Origin: an uncultured Actinomycetes bacterium
Lineage (GTDB): Bacteria > Actinomycetota > UBA4738 > HRBIN12
Direction of reading: 5' to 3'
DNA: 64,000 bases
NCBI GenBank assembly: GCA_963785835.1
Contig: CAWAWO010000004.1
Span: 204,706 to 268,705 of the forward strand
Shown: piece after piece, positions 45,196-54,480 of the stretch
How positions within the stretch are numbered: position 1 is the stretch's first letter
Layout: the number at the start of each line of letters is the position of its first letter
The notes under the pieces: generated by a model
What the model was told of the DNA's origin: nothing
Database searches by the model: none
What the model saw: the letters and a program-made list of their open reading frames with translations, nothing else
Translations under genes and position numbers: made by a program

Positions 45196-46635
45196 CTACG
45201 CGTCGGCGAAGAAGACGTTCTTGACCTCGGTGTAGAGGTTCACCGCGTGCATCCCCATCTCACGCCCGATGCCGCTCGTCTTGTATCCGCCGAACGGAGC
45301 CTCTGTGTGCACGCTGTGCGCCGAATTCACCGACAGGACCCCCGTGCGGATCCCCTTTGCGGCGCGGATCGCGCGTCCGAGGTCGCGGGTCCAGATCGAG
45401 CCCGACAGCCCGTACGGCGTGTCGTTGGCGAGGCGGATCGCCTCCTCCTCGGTGTCGAACGGCATGATGCAGGCCACCGGCCCGAAGATCTCCTCCTGCG
45501 CGACTCGCCACGAGTTGTCGACGTCGGCGAGGATGGCAGGGCGGAGGTAGAACCCGCGGGGCGGCTCGGACGGCACGTCACCGCCGGTCACCAGGCGCGC
45601 ACCCTCGTCGATCCCCAGCGAGATGTACTCCAGCGAGGTCTGACGCTGGCCGTCCGAGATCATCGGTCCGAGATCGGTCGTTTCCTCCTGCGGCACGCCG
45701 ACGCGGAGCTCGGCGGTGCGCTTGGCGATGCGCTCGATGAACTCGTCGTAGACCGGTCGCTCGACGAACATCCGGGCGCGCGACGTGCAGTCTTGGCCGG
45801 TGTTGTCGAAGATCGACCACATCGAGCGCTCGACGCACACGTCCATGTCGGCGTCGGCGAACACCACGTTCGCGGACTTGCCACCGAGCTCCAGCGAGAC
45901 CCGCGTGATGTTGTCCGCGCACTGCTTCATGATCTGGGCGCCTACCGCGGTCGAGCCGGTGAAGCCCACCTTCGAGACCCGCGGGATCGGTCACGAGCGC
46001 CGCGCCGACGCTGGAGCCAGGCCCGGGAGCACGCTCATCGTGTCCGGTGGGAGTCCGGCCTCGACGAGGAGATCGGCGAGCATCAGGACCGACAGCGGCG
46101 TGTAGGTGGCCGGCTTGACGACGATCGTGTTGCCGCACGCGAGCGCCGGCCCGATCTTCCACGACGCGATCGTGAGCGGGAAGTTCCAGGGCACGATCAG
46201 CGCGCAGACCCCCACGGGCTCGCGGAGCGAGATGTCGAGCCCGGCGTCCTGCACGGGGATCGTCTCGCCGAAGATCTTGTTCGCGGCTCCGCCCCAATAC
46301 TCGAGGACGCCCGCGACCGTGCGCATCTCGCCGCGCGCGACGTTGATCGGCTTGCCGACGTTCCGAGACTCGACCGCCGCGAAGTCCTCGAGTCGCTCGC
46401 GGAAGAGCACCGAGGCGCGGAGCAGCACCCGCCCGCGCTCGGTGGCGTTCATCTTCCGCCACGGTCCCTCGTCGAACGCCCTCGTGGCGATATCGACGGC
46501 GCGTTTCGCATCTTCCGGCCCGGCGTCGGCGACCTGCGCCATCGGCTCGCCTGTCCCGGGCTCGATCACGTCGGACGTGGCGCCGTCCGCGGCGGCGGTC
46601 CGCTCTCCTCCGAGGACCAACAGCTCCGTCGTCAT
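45196..46635 (-). pseudogene. NAD(P)-dependent aldehyde dehydrogenase interrupted by a compensating pair of frame shifts
   Basis: The N-part (..IVPWNFPL..VVKPA..) and C-part (FTGSTAVG, ELGGKSANVVF, FDNTGQDCTS, EEIFGPV) are in the same frame. They are separated by a stop at 45991-45993. The missing PGPGSSVGAALVTDP is encoded in another frame between about 46024 and about 45980. Confidence 0.8.
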
Positions 46636-46676
46636 CGCTCGCTCCCCTCGTTGACTCAGGGGTCGATGATAGGCGT

Positions 46677-47075
46677 GTGACCCGAGTGCTGATCGTGGTG
46701 GCCGTATCCCTGGCGCTCTGCTGGCTGGCTTTGGTCGCGTTCGTGTGGATCGCCAGGCCGGATGCAAGGTCGGCCCGCGACGCCCTCCGGATGGTGCCAG
46801 ACCTCGTGCGCCTCGTGCGTCGGATCGCAGCCGATCCGTTGGTCGCGCGCGGTGTGCGCGTTCGACTCTGGCTCCTCCTCGGGTACCTGGCCCTCCCGAT
46901 CGACGTCGTTCCCGATCTCATCCCTGGGATCGGATACCTGGACGACGTCGTGATCGTGGCGGCGGTGCTCCGATCGGTCGTTCGCCGTGCGGGACCGGAA
47001 GCCGTTCGCCGGCACTGGCCGGGGACGGACGAGGGACTCGAGGCGCTCTGGCACGTCGCTCGGCTGCCCGGCTGA
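46677..47075 (+). CDS. DUF1232 (YkvA-like) membrane protein
   Basis: 132 aa with motif LALPIDVVPDLIPGIGYLDDVV. Confidence 0.75.
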   Translation: MTRVLIVVAVSLALCWLALVAFVWIARPDARSARDALRMVPDLVRLVRRIAADPLVARGVRVRLWLLLGYLALPIDVVPDLIPGIGYLDDVVIVAAVLRSVVRRAGPEAVRRHWPGTDEGLEALWHVARLPG

Positions 47076-47118
47076 GCCGTGACCCAATATCCTTCGCCGT
47101 GACGAGGAGGTCGTGAGC

Positions 47119-47898
47119 ATGGGTCGGCTCGACGGCAAGGTCGCACTCATCACCGGCGGCGCGAGCGGGATGGGGATGATCGCCTCCAGGCTGTTCTCCG
47201 GCGAGGGCGCCAAGGTCGTGCTCACCGACGTCGCCGACGAGGCGGGCGAGGCCGTGGCGGCCGAGATACAGGCGGAGGGAGGCGAGGCCCTCTACGTCCA
47301 CGCCGACGTCTCCGACGAGGCCGACGCCGAGGCGATGGTGAAGGCCACGGTCGACCGTTTCGGCGGTCTCACCGTCCTGTACAACAACGCCGGCGTGATG
47401 ATGAGCCAGGACGGCTCGGTCACCGACACCGACGTCTCGATCTGGGACACGACCCTCGGCATCAACGTCAAAGGCGTGGCGTTCGGCTGCAAGTACGGGG
47501 TGCCGGCGATGATCGCGTCGGGTGGAGGGTCGATCATCAACGTGGCCTCGTTCGTGGCATGGATGGGCGCCGCCACATCACAGACCGCCTACACGGCCTC
47601 GAAGGGGGCTGTGCTCTCGATGACGCGAGAGATCGCGGTCGAGTTCGCGCGCCAGGGGGTCCGGTGCAACGCGCTCTGTCCCGGACCGATCGACACGCCG
47701 CTCCTGGCGGAGCTGCTCGCCGACCCGGCGAGGCGACAGCGACGGTTCGTGCACATCCCGATGGGCAGGCTCGGAACGGCGGACGAGCTCGCGAAGGCTG
47801 CGCTGTTCCTGGCCAGTGACGACTCCTCGTTCATGACCGGCGCGTCGCTGATCGTCGATGGCGGCATCACGGCCGCCTACGTCACGCCCGAAGACTGA
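47119..47898 (+). CDS. short-chain dehydrogenase/reductase (SDR)
   Basis: ATG 47119 lies 8 nt after GAGGAGG. GKVALITGGASGMG, NNAG, YTASKGAV. Confidence 0.9.
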   Translation: MGRLDGKVALITGGASGMGMIASRLFSGEGAKVVLTDVADEAGEAVAAEIQAEGGEALYVHADVSDEADAEAMVKATVDRFGGLTVLYNNAGVMMSQDGSVTDTDVSIWDTTLGINVKGVAFGCKYGVPAMIASGGGSIINVASFVAWMGAATSQTAYTASKGAVLSMTREIAVEFARQGVRCNALCPGPIDTPLLAELLADPARRQRRFVHIPMGRLGTADELAKAALFLASDDSSFMTGASLIVDGGITAAYVTPED

Positions 47899-47931
47899 AC
47901 CCTTCCTCGCCAGCGGGCGTACCATCGAGCG

Positions 47932-48216
47932 ATGAGCGCCGCTCTGGCGGCCGCCGTCCCGCCATGGCCACCGGTCGATCCCGACCTGGACCTCTCGCCC
48001 CTGCTCGTCGTCGCCGTCGCGATCGTCCTCGCGATCGTCGCTGCGCGGTTCCTCTTCGCCATGGAACTGACCGGGCGGTTGATCATGGTCTTGGTGTTCG
48101 GCGGGTTGTTCACGCCCACGCTGGCCGATGTCACCGGATCGTTCCCCGCCATCGGAATCTGGTTCCTCGCCCTCCTGCTCGGGTCGACCATCGTTCGCCG
48201 ATCGCAGGCTCGATGA
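47932..48216 (+). CDS. small membrane protein
   Basis: 94 aa, two or three hydrophobic helices, high GC3. Confidence 0.45.
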   Translation: MSAALAAAVPPWPPVDPDLDLSPLLVVAVAIVLAIVAARFLFAMELTGRLIMVLVFGGLFTPTLADVTGSFPAIGIWFLALLLGSTIVRRSQAR

Positions 48217-48495
48217 ACGGCGGCATCCTGCTCGTCGGCGGAAACTGGCCGCTGTACGGCGGGCGGTCCGAGTGGAACTGGTGGGCATTGGTGGGGTTCG
48301 CGGTTCTGGCCGCGCTCCTGCTGACGGCTCGGTGGAGACTTCCCGTGGTCCTCTCGATCGCACTCGCGGCGGTCGGCGGGCTCGTCCTGGCCGACCTCAC
48401 CCATCGTTCTGGGCGTCGTGCCCGTCTGGAGCTCGGTCCTGCTCGTTGCGCTGTCCAGGAACCTCGTACGGAGACGACATCGGCCACAGGTTTGA
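48213..48495 (+). CDS. small membrane protein, one frame break
   Basis: ATGA overlap with the previous ORF. MNGGILLVGGNWPLYGG...LSIALAAVGGLVLAD continues after a slip at the CCC run near 48400 as PIVLGVVPVWSSVLLVALSRNLVRRRHRPQV* (TGA 48493-48495). Confidence 0.4.
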
Positions 48496-48521
48496 CAGGC
48501 CATTCCGGGGTGAGGCTCAAT
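48492..48521 (+). promoter_or_regulatory. sigma-70-like promoter candidate upstream of the permease gene
   Basis: TTGACA (48492-48497), 18-nt spacer, CTCAAT. It sits 35 nt upstream of the GAGGGAGGG RBS/GTG 48556. Confidence 0.35.
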
Positions 48522-48555
48522 ACCTCGCGTCGTCCGGAAGAGGGAGGGCAGCGAC

Positions 48556-50175
48556 GTGGGAGAGGAGCAGAAGAAGGTCGGCTCCGTCACCTATCAAGAG
48601 GTAGGTGAGGAGTACTTCCAGCAACGGGGTCTTCGGCGACATGCGGGCGTCTGGGGCCTGTGGGCGCTCGGCGTCGGAGCCGTCATCTCCGGCGAGTTCT
48701 ACGGCTGGAACTTCGGTCTCGGAACCGGCGGGTTCGGCGGCCTCCTGATCGCAGGCATCCTCATGGCGATCATGTACTACGGCCTCGTGTACTCGATCGC
48801 CGAGATGTCGCCGGCTCTTCCCCACACGGGTGGCGCGTACTCGTTCGCCCGGTCGGCGATGGGGCCGTGGGGCGGATTCCTGACCGGCCTGGCCGAGAAC
48901 GCGGAATACGTGATCACGCCGGCGGTGGTCGTCGGGGCGATCTCCCTGCTGATGCAGGAGATCGTCGTGGGCATCTTCGACGTCACCGGCGACCCGTGGT
49001 GGAACAGCCTCCCGATCTGGGCGCTGATCTTCTACGCGATCTTCGTGTGGATCAACATCGTCGGCATCGAGGCCACGATGAAGTTCACCATCACGATCAC
49101 GGTGCTGTCGCTCGCGGTGCTCGCGTTCTTCGTCCTCGCCGCCATCTTCTCCGGCGACTTGAACTTCGACCTGTGGACGAACATCGCGGAGGACGGCGGT
49201 GAGCTCGCCGAGGGCGGCGGGCCGCTCTTGCCGTTCGGGATCAGCGGGATCTTCAAGTCCCTGCCGTTCGCGATCTGGTTCTTCCTCGCGATCGAGGAGG
49301 TGCCCCTCGCGGCGGAGGAATCGATGGATCCTCGCCGGGACGTGCCGAGAGGCTCGATCATGGGGATGCACACCCTCCTGATCGCTGCCGCACTGGTGCT
49401 CGTGTTCAACACGGCGCTTCCGGGAGGCGCGTTCCTCTACGGCGCCTCCGGCTTCCCGCTCCTCGACGGGTTCAGGGCCATCTTCGGCACGGGGGACGTG
49501 GCGTACTACCTCGGCCTGCTCTTCCTGATCGGCCTCGTGGCGAGCTTCTTCACGATCATCTTCGCCTACGGCCGGAACACGTTCTCGCTCTCGCGCGCGG
49601 GGTACTTCCCGAAGTTCCTGTCGGTGACACACGGGGAGCGCAAGACCCCGCACGTCGCGCTGATCGCGGGTGCGGTCGTCGGGTACGCCGTGTTCTTCCT
49701 CGTCTGGGTCCTCCAGCAACAGGAGCTGGGAGCGCAGATCGTCGCGGCGCTGCTCAACATGGCGGTGTTCGCGGCGGTCATCTCGTACATCCTGCAGATG
49801 GTGTCGTTCGTCCTGCTGCGGCGGAAGCTCCCGAACATCGAGCGCCCGTACCGGAGCAAGTGGGGGGTCCCGGGAGCCGTCATCGCTGGCGGGCTCGCGG
49901 CCGTGTCGTTGATCGCGATCTTCCTCAACGAGGCGTACCGGCCGGGCGTGTACGGGGTCGCGATCTACTACGTGCTCGGCGTCCTGTACTTCGCGATCGC
50001 CGGACGGAACCGGCTCGTCCTGTCCCCGGAGGAGGAGTTCGCGCTCACTCAGGGCGAGAAGGGGGTGCCGCAGGTCTCGTACGAGACGAGCCGGGCAGCA
50101 CAGGGAGCGGTGCTCCGAGGAGAGGGGAGCGGGCCGACGTCGACGCAGCCACCGTCGGATACCCCATCCGGCTAG
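48556..50175 (+). CDS. APC-superfamily permease, ethanolamine-permease-like
   Basis: 539 aa. GVWGLWALGVGAVISGEFYGWNFGLGTGGFGGLLIAGILMAIMYYGLVYSIAEMSPALPHTGGAYSFARSAMGPWGGFL is very similar to the ethanolamine permease family N-terminus. Confidence 0.85.
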   Translation: MGEEQKKVGSVTYQEVGEEYFQQRGLRRHAGVWGLWALGVGAVISGEFYGWNFGLGTGGFGGLLIAGILMAIMYYGLVYSIAEMSPALPHTGGAYSFARSAMGPWGGFLTGLAENAEYVITPAVVVGAISLLMQEIVVGIFDVTGDPWWNSLPIWALIFYAIFVWINIVGIEATMKFTITITVLSLAVLAFFVLAAIFSGDLNFDLWTNIAEDGGELAEGGGPLLPFGISGIFKSLPFAIWFFLAIEEVPLAAEESMDPRRDVPRGSIMGMHTLLIAAALVLVFNTALPGGAFLYGASGFPLLDGFRAIFGTGDVAYYLGLLFLIGLVASFFTIIFAYGRNTFSLSRAGYFPKFLSVTHGERKTPHVALIAGAVVGYAVFFLVWVLQQQELGAQIVAALLNMAVFAAVISYILQMVSFVLLRRKLPNIERPYRSKWGVPGAVIAGGLAAVSLIAIFLNEAYRPGVYGVAIYYVLGVLYFAIAGRNRLVLSPEEEFALTQGEKGVPQVSYETSRAAQGAVLRGEGSGPTSTQPPSDTPSG

Positions 50176-50195
50176 GCGGAACCGAGCGATCCGAA

Positions 50196-50224
50196 GCGGC
50201 GGGCCCGCGAAGCGGGCCCGCCGC
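50196..50224 (+). terminator. intrinsic-terminator-like hairpin
   Basis: Perfect 13-bp stem GCGGCGGGCCCGC / GCGGGCCCGCCGC with loop GAA, followed by TCGCGTTTG, 20 nt after the permease stop. Confidence 0.6.
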
Positions 50225-50230
50225 TCGCGT

Positions 50231-50259
50231 TTGACACCGTTCATGCGTGGCTCTTCGAT
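50231..50259 (+). promoter_or_regulatory. sigma-70-like promoter candidate upstream of the GS-like gene
   Basis: TTGACA (50231-50236), 17-nt spacer, TTCGAT. The -10 element is weak. Confidence 0.3.
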
Positions 50260-50289
50260 GAACCCCCCGACCCCGAAAGGCGGACGATC

Positions 50290-51675
50290 GTGAAGGGTGC
50301 AACCGGCATGCTCACCGTGAAGGAGCTCGAGGAGCTCGCCGACGCGGGTGAGATCGACACCGTCCTGTGCATGTTCACGGACTTCCAGGGCCGCTTCGTC
50401 GGAAAGCGGATCCTCCCGTACTTCTTCCTCGAGGACGTCCTGGGCGACGAGGGCCTGCACGCCTGCCTGTACCTCATCGCGATCGACATGGAGATGGAAC
50501 CGCTGCCCGGCTTCGAGTACGCGAGCTGGGAGACTGGCTACGGCGACTTCAAGATGATCCCGGACGTCTCGACGCTGCGGCTCGTCCCCTGGCTCGAGAA
50601 GACCGCGATGGTGATCTGCGACGTCGCCGACGAGCACACGAACGAGCTGATCGAGGTGGCCCCGCGAACGATCCTGCGCCGGCAGATCGAACGCGCGACC
50701 GCGGCCGGCTACACGTTCAAGAGCGGGTCGGAGCTCGAGTTCTACCTGTTCAAAGAGACTTATGACGAGGCGGCGGGCAAGCGCTATCAGGACCTGCAGC
50801 CGTCCTCCCCGTACATCATGGACTACCACATGCTCCAGACCACCAAGGACGAATGGATCATCCGGCAGATCCGCAACGACATGCTGCGCGCGGGGGTGCC
50901 GATCGAGTTCTCCAAGGGCGAGTTCGGCAAGGGCCAGCACGAGATCAACGTCACGTACGCCGACGCGCTCCAGACCGCCGACAACCACGCGATCTACAAG
51001 CACGGGGTCAAGGAGATCGCCGCCCTGAACGGCGCCGCGATCACGTTCATGGCCAAGTGGACGATGGCCGAGGCGGGTTCCTCCTGCCACATGCACACGA
51101 GCGTGTGGAACGAGGACGGATCCGAGTCGCTGATGTGGGACGACGCCGGCGGCAACCACATGTCCGAGACGTTCGACCACTTCCTCGGTGGCCTCATGGA
51201 CACCGCGCGCGAGATGGCGTGGATGTTCGCGCCGTTCGTGAACTCCTACAAGCGCTACCAGCTCGGCTCGTGGGCTCCGACGGCGATCGTCTGGAGCAAC
51301 GACAACCGGACGTGCGGGTTCCGCGTCGTGGGCGAGCACAAGGGCTACCGCGTGGAGTCGAGGCTGCCGGGCGCGGACGTGAACCCGTACCTGGGCTACG
51401 CGGCCACGATCGCCGGAGGGCTCCACGGCCTCCAGAACAAGATCGACGCCCCTGAGATGTTCGAGGGCAACGCGTACGAGGCCAAAGACGTTCCGAGGGT
51501 TCCGAGCTCGCTCCACGAGGCCGTTGCGGAGATGGAGAAGAGCGAGACGATGCGCGAGGGCTTCGGCGACTACGTGTTCGGGCACCTGGTGAACATGGCC
51601 CGCCAGGAGCAGATCATCTTCGACAACAACACCGTGACCGACTGGGAGCTCGAGCGGTACTTCGAGCGGGGCTGA
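50290..51675 (+). CDS. glutamine-synthetase-family protein (gamma-glutamyl-amine synthetase-like, GlnA3/GlnA4/PuuA type)
   Basis: 461 aa with GSELEFYLF, EFGKGQHEIN, SSCHMHTSVW, NSYKRY and NRTCGFRV. Start is GTG 50290 or ATG 50308. Confidence 0.9.
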   Translation: MKGATGMLTVKELEELADAGEIDTVLCMFTDFQGRFVGKRILPYFFLEDVLGDEGLHACLYLIAIDMEMEPLPGFEYASWETGYGDFKMIPDVSTLRLVPWLEKTAMVICDVADEHTNELIEVAPRTILRRQIERATAAGYTFKSGSELEFYLFKETYDEAAGKRYQDLQPSSPYIMDYHMLQTTKDEWIIRQIRNDMLRAGVPIEFSKGEFGKGQHEINVTYADALQTADNHAIYKHGVKEIAALNGAAITFMAKWTMAEAGSSCHMHTSVWNEDGSESLMWDDAGGNHMSETFDHFLGGLMDTAREMAWMFAPFVNSYKRYQLGSWAPTAIVWSNDNRTCGFRVVGEHKGYRVESRLPGADVNPYLGYAATIAGGLHGLQNKIDAPEMFEGNAYEAKDVPRVPSSLHEAVAEMEKSETMREGFGDYVFGHLVNMARQEQIIFDNNTVTDWELERYFERG

Positions 51676-51703
51676 GTCGCGGCGAGGACGCGAACGTGCG
51701 AGA

Positions 51704-51801
51704 CGAGGTCCGGGGGAGAGAGCCGAACCGCTTGACAAGTCGAACACCTGTTCGATATACTGCGTTCTCTCTCCTCCCCCCGTGACCGAGCGAGGTCCGG
51801 G
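51704..51801. repeat. 11-bp direct repeat CGAGGTCCGGG (51704-51714 and 51791-51801) bracketing a low-GC 76-bp segment with imperfect inverted ends
   Basis: Read directly. Inner ends are GGGGGAGAGAG (51712-51722) and CTCTCTCCTCCCCC (51767-51780). Confidence 0.7.
51732..51761 (+). promoter_or_regulatory. near-consensus sigma-70 promoter
   Basis: TTGACA (51732-51737), 18-nt spacer, TATACT (51756-51761), 40 nt upstream of the DUF222/HNH ORF. Confidence 0.55.
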
Positions 51802-52920
51802 TTGCAAGACCGCGATGAAGACGAACTGATCCGCGACATCGACACCGAGCATGCGGCGCTCGCGGCGAGTCATCGGCGCATCCTTCGACTGATCGCGGAG
51901 GTCGATCGGCGCAAGAGCTGGCGAGACCTCGGTGCCCGCGACACCGCCCACTGGCTCTCGATCCGCTACGGGGTGTCGCAGTGGAAGGCTCGGCGCTGGA
52001 TCGCCGCAGCGCACGCGCTCGAGTCGCTCCCGCACATCTCGGAAGCGCTGGCGTCGGGCGAACTCCACCTCGACAAGGTGGTCGAGCTGACGCGATTCGC
52101 AGCGCCCGAGACCGAGTCCCGGCTCCTCGTGTGGGCCGGCGGCGTTTCCTGCGGCGCGATCAGGCACAAGGGTGACGTCGCCGCGCGGAGGTCGCCGGAT
52201 GACGACGAAGACGTCGAACGAAGCCGCTTCCTGTCGTGGTGGACATTCGATGACGGCAGGCGCTTCGGCATCCAAGGCGAGATGCCTTCGTCCCAAGGCG
52301 CGGTCGTGTCGAGGGTACTGAGTCGCCTGGCGAACAACCTGCCGGTCATGCCGGACGAGCACGGTCCGGGGGGCGCGGAAGCTCGGCGCGCCGACGCGCT
52401 CGTGGCGCTGTGCTCGACGGGGACCGACGCCGATCGCGAGCCGGACCGGGCGACGGTGGTCGTGCACGCCCGGCTCGACGGATCTGCCGGAGGACTCAGC
52501 GAGTGCGAGGTCGAGGACGGACCGGCCGTCAGTGCCGAGTCCGCGCGAAGGCTGGCGTGCAACGCGCGGGTCCAGGTCGTCATGGAGAACGAGAGTGAAC
52601 TCCCCGTCCGTGTCGGTCGGATGACGAGGGAGCCTCCAACCTGGATGCTTCGACACCTGAAGTACCGGGATCGCGAGTGCCGGTTCCCCGGCTGTGGCTC
52701 TCGGCGGTTCACGCAGGCTCACCACATCGTCTGGTGGGAGAACGGCGGGCCAACGGACCTCGAGAACCTCGTGTTGGTGTGCACGTTCCATCACAGGCTC
52801 GTCCACGAGTACGGCTGGCACGTGCGACGCGAAGAGGACGGCACGGTGAGCTGGTTCAGGCGTGAGGGTGGTCGGTATCGGGCCGGGCCCGCTCCACCTG
52901 GAGAGCTCATCGCCTCCTAG
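51802..52920 (+). CDS. DUF222 + HNH endonuclease protein (13E12-repeat-type)
   Basis: 372 aa, TTG start. The N-terminal helical DUF222-like region contains WLSIRYGVSQWKARRWIAAAHAL. The HNH core is CRFPGCGSRRFTQAHHIVWWENGGPTDLENLVLVCTFHHRLVHE. Confidence 0.85.
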   Translation: MQDRDEDELIRDIDTEHAALAASHRRILRLIAEVDRRKSWRDLGARDTAHWLSIRYGVSQWKARRWIAAAHALESLPHISEALASGELHLDKVVELTRFAAPETESRLLVWAGGVSCGAIRHKGDVAARRSPDDDEDVERSRFLSWWTFDDGRRFGIQGEMPSSQGAVVSRVLSRLANNLPVMPDEHGPGGAEARRADALVALCSTGTDADREPDRATVVVHARLDGSAGGLSECEVEDGPAVSAESARRLACNARVQVVMENESELPVRVGRMTREPPTWMLRHLKYRDRECRFPGCGSRRFTQAHHIVWWENGGPTDLENLVLVCTFHHRLVHEYGWHVRREEDGTVSWFRREGGRYRAGPAPPGELIAS

Positions 52921-52947
52921 GTCACGCTCCGACCCCGAAGTCCGGCC

Positions 52948-54480
52948 TCATCGACCTTCGAAGACCGGCTTCATCGAGAAGTAGACGTTCCGATACCGCT
53001 CGTACGCGTCGTCGTATACGTCGCGCATGGCGGGATCCGGCTGGTGTTCCTCGGGCTGATAGGACACGAAGGCGTTGACGGCATCGCCGACGGTGGCATG
53101 GATCCCCGCACCGACGGCGGCGAGGATCGCGGCTCCGGTGGCGGTCGTCTCGACGCTGGTCGGGATCCGAACCGGCAGCCCGGTCACGTCCGCCTTGATC
53201 TGTCGCCAGAGCGGCCCCTTCGCGCCTCCGCCGACGATCGTGAGGCGTCGCACGTCCAACCCCGCGTTCCTCATCGCGTCGAGGATGTCGCGGAGCGCGA
53301 ACGCGCTCCCCTCGAGGATCGCCCGCGTCATGTGCGCGCGCGAGTGCGCAAGGGTCAGCCCGTAGAACACGCCCCGCGCCGCCCCGTTCCATTCGGGGGC
53401 CATCGCACCCTGCATACAGGGGAGGAACACCAGCCCTTCGGCGCCGGGGGGCACACGTTCGGCGTCCTTCGACAACAGGTCGTAGGCGTCGCCGAGGCCC
53501 TCGGCCTCTGCATCGCGCTCGATCGGGGCGAACTGGTCGCGCCACCATCGCAGGTTCCCCCCGGAGACGAACCCGGGGTTCTCGAGGAGCCACGCGTCCG
53601 GGTCGGCGTGCGGGTGGCACTCGACGAGCATCGTCGGGTCCTCGCGCGGCTCTTTCGACGCGGCGCACACGGGCTCGGCCGTCCCGACCACATCGCACAC
53701 CTCGCCCGGCTCGAACACTCCGGCGCCGAGCGTCGCCGCCATCTCGTCGCCGCATCCGACGGCGACGAGGGTGTCCGGATGAAGGCCCGTAGCTTCCGCG
53801 AACGCGGTGGTGATCGTCGCGATCGGCTCGGTGGCTGCAACGACCTCCGACAGCATGTATTCGGGAAGGTCGACTGCCGCCAGGACCTCGGGCGACCACT
53901 TCCGAGAGCGTGGATCCAACAGGGCCATCGAGGATGCGTTCGAATAGTCGACCGCCACCGCTGCGGCGATCTGCCGGAGGACGTAGGTCCCGGGCAACAT
54001 CAGGAACGCCGCGTTCGACCAGATCTCGGGTTCCTCGTCCCGGACCCAGAGCGCCTTGAAGACCGCGTGCGAGGAATCGAGGTTCGCGCCGACGTGCCGG
54101 TAGAACTCGTCCGGCGCCATCGCCTGCGCGACCGCGGCCGCCTGAGCCTCGGCACGCCGGTCCATCCAGATCATCGCCGGCCGCAGCGGCCGGCCACCGC
54201 GGTCGCACACGACCATCCCGTCGAGCTGCGAGCCGAACGACAACCCTTTGACGGCGGAAGCTCCTTCCGGGACCTCATCGAGCACCTCCCGGACTCCGGC
54301 GGCGACGGCGGCCGGCCAGAGGTCGGGGTCCTGCTCCGCGGCCCCAGGGAACGGGAACGAGAGGTCATAGGCCTGGTACGAGGAGGCGACCAGCTCTCCG
54401 CCGGCCGAATACAGTGCGCAGTTGGTCCCCTGCGAGCCGACGTCGCAGCCGATCACGTACGGGCCGGCCTCGCCGCTCAC
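52948..54480 (-). CDS. FGGY-family carbohydrate kinase
   Basis: 510 aa with YVIGCDVGSQGTNCALY and a C-terminal GGGAKGPLWRQIKADVTG block. GTGA overlap with the upstream gene. Confidence 0.9.
   Translation of the reverse strand: MSGEAGPYVIGCDVGSQGTNCALYSAGGELVASSYQAYDLSFPFPGAAEQDPDLWPAAVAAGVREVLDEVPEGASAVKGLSFGSQLDGMVVCDRGGRPLRPAMIWMDRRAEAQAAAVAQAMAPDEFYRHVGANLDSSHAVFKALWVRDEEPEIWSNAAFLMLPGTYVLRQIAAAVAVDYSNASSMALLDPRSRKWSPEVLAAVDLPEYMLSEVVAATEPIATITTAFAEATGLHPDTLVAVGCGDEMAATLGAGVFEPGEVCDVVGTAEPVCAASKEPREDPTMLVECHPHADPDAWLLENPGFVSGGNLRWWRDQFAPIERDAEAEGLGDAYDLLSKDAERVPPGAEGLVFLPCMQGAMAPEWNGAARGVFYGLTLAHSRAHMTRAILEGSAFALRDILDAMRNAGLDVRRLTIVGGGAKGPLWRQIKADVTGLPVRIPTSVETTATGAAILAAVGAGIHATVGDAVNAFVSYQPEEHQPDPAMRDVYDDAYERYRNVYFSMKPVFEGR

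Noticed and set aside
48517-52821. 1434-aa minus-strand ORF, the longest in the track
   Set aside because: The translation is Arg/Asp/Glu/Pro/His-rich low-complexity sequence with no recognisable domain. It lies antisense to three well-supported plus-strand genes (permease, GS-like, HNH). This is the typical stop-codon-poor shadow frame of GC-rich DNA.
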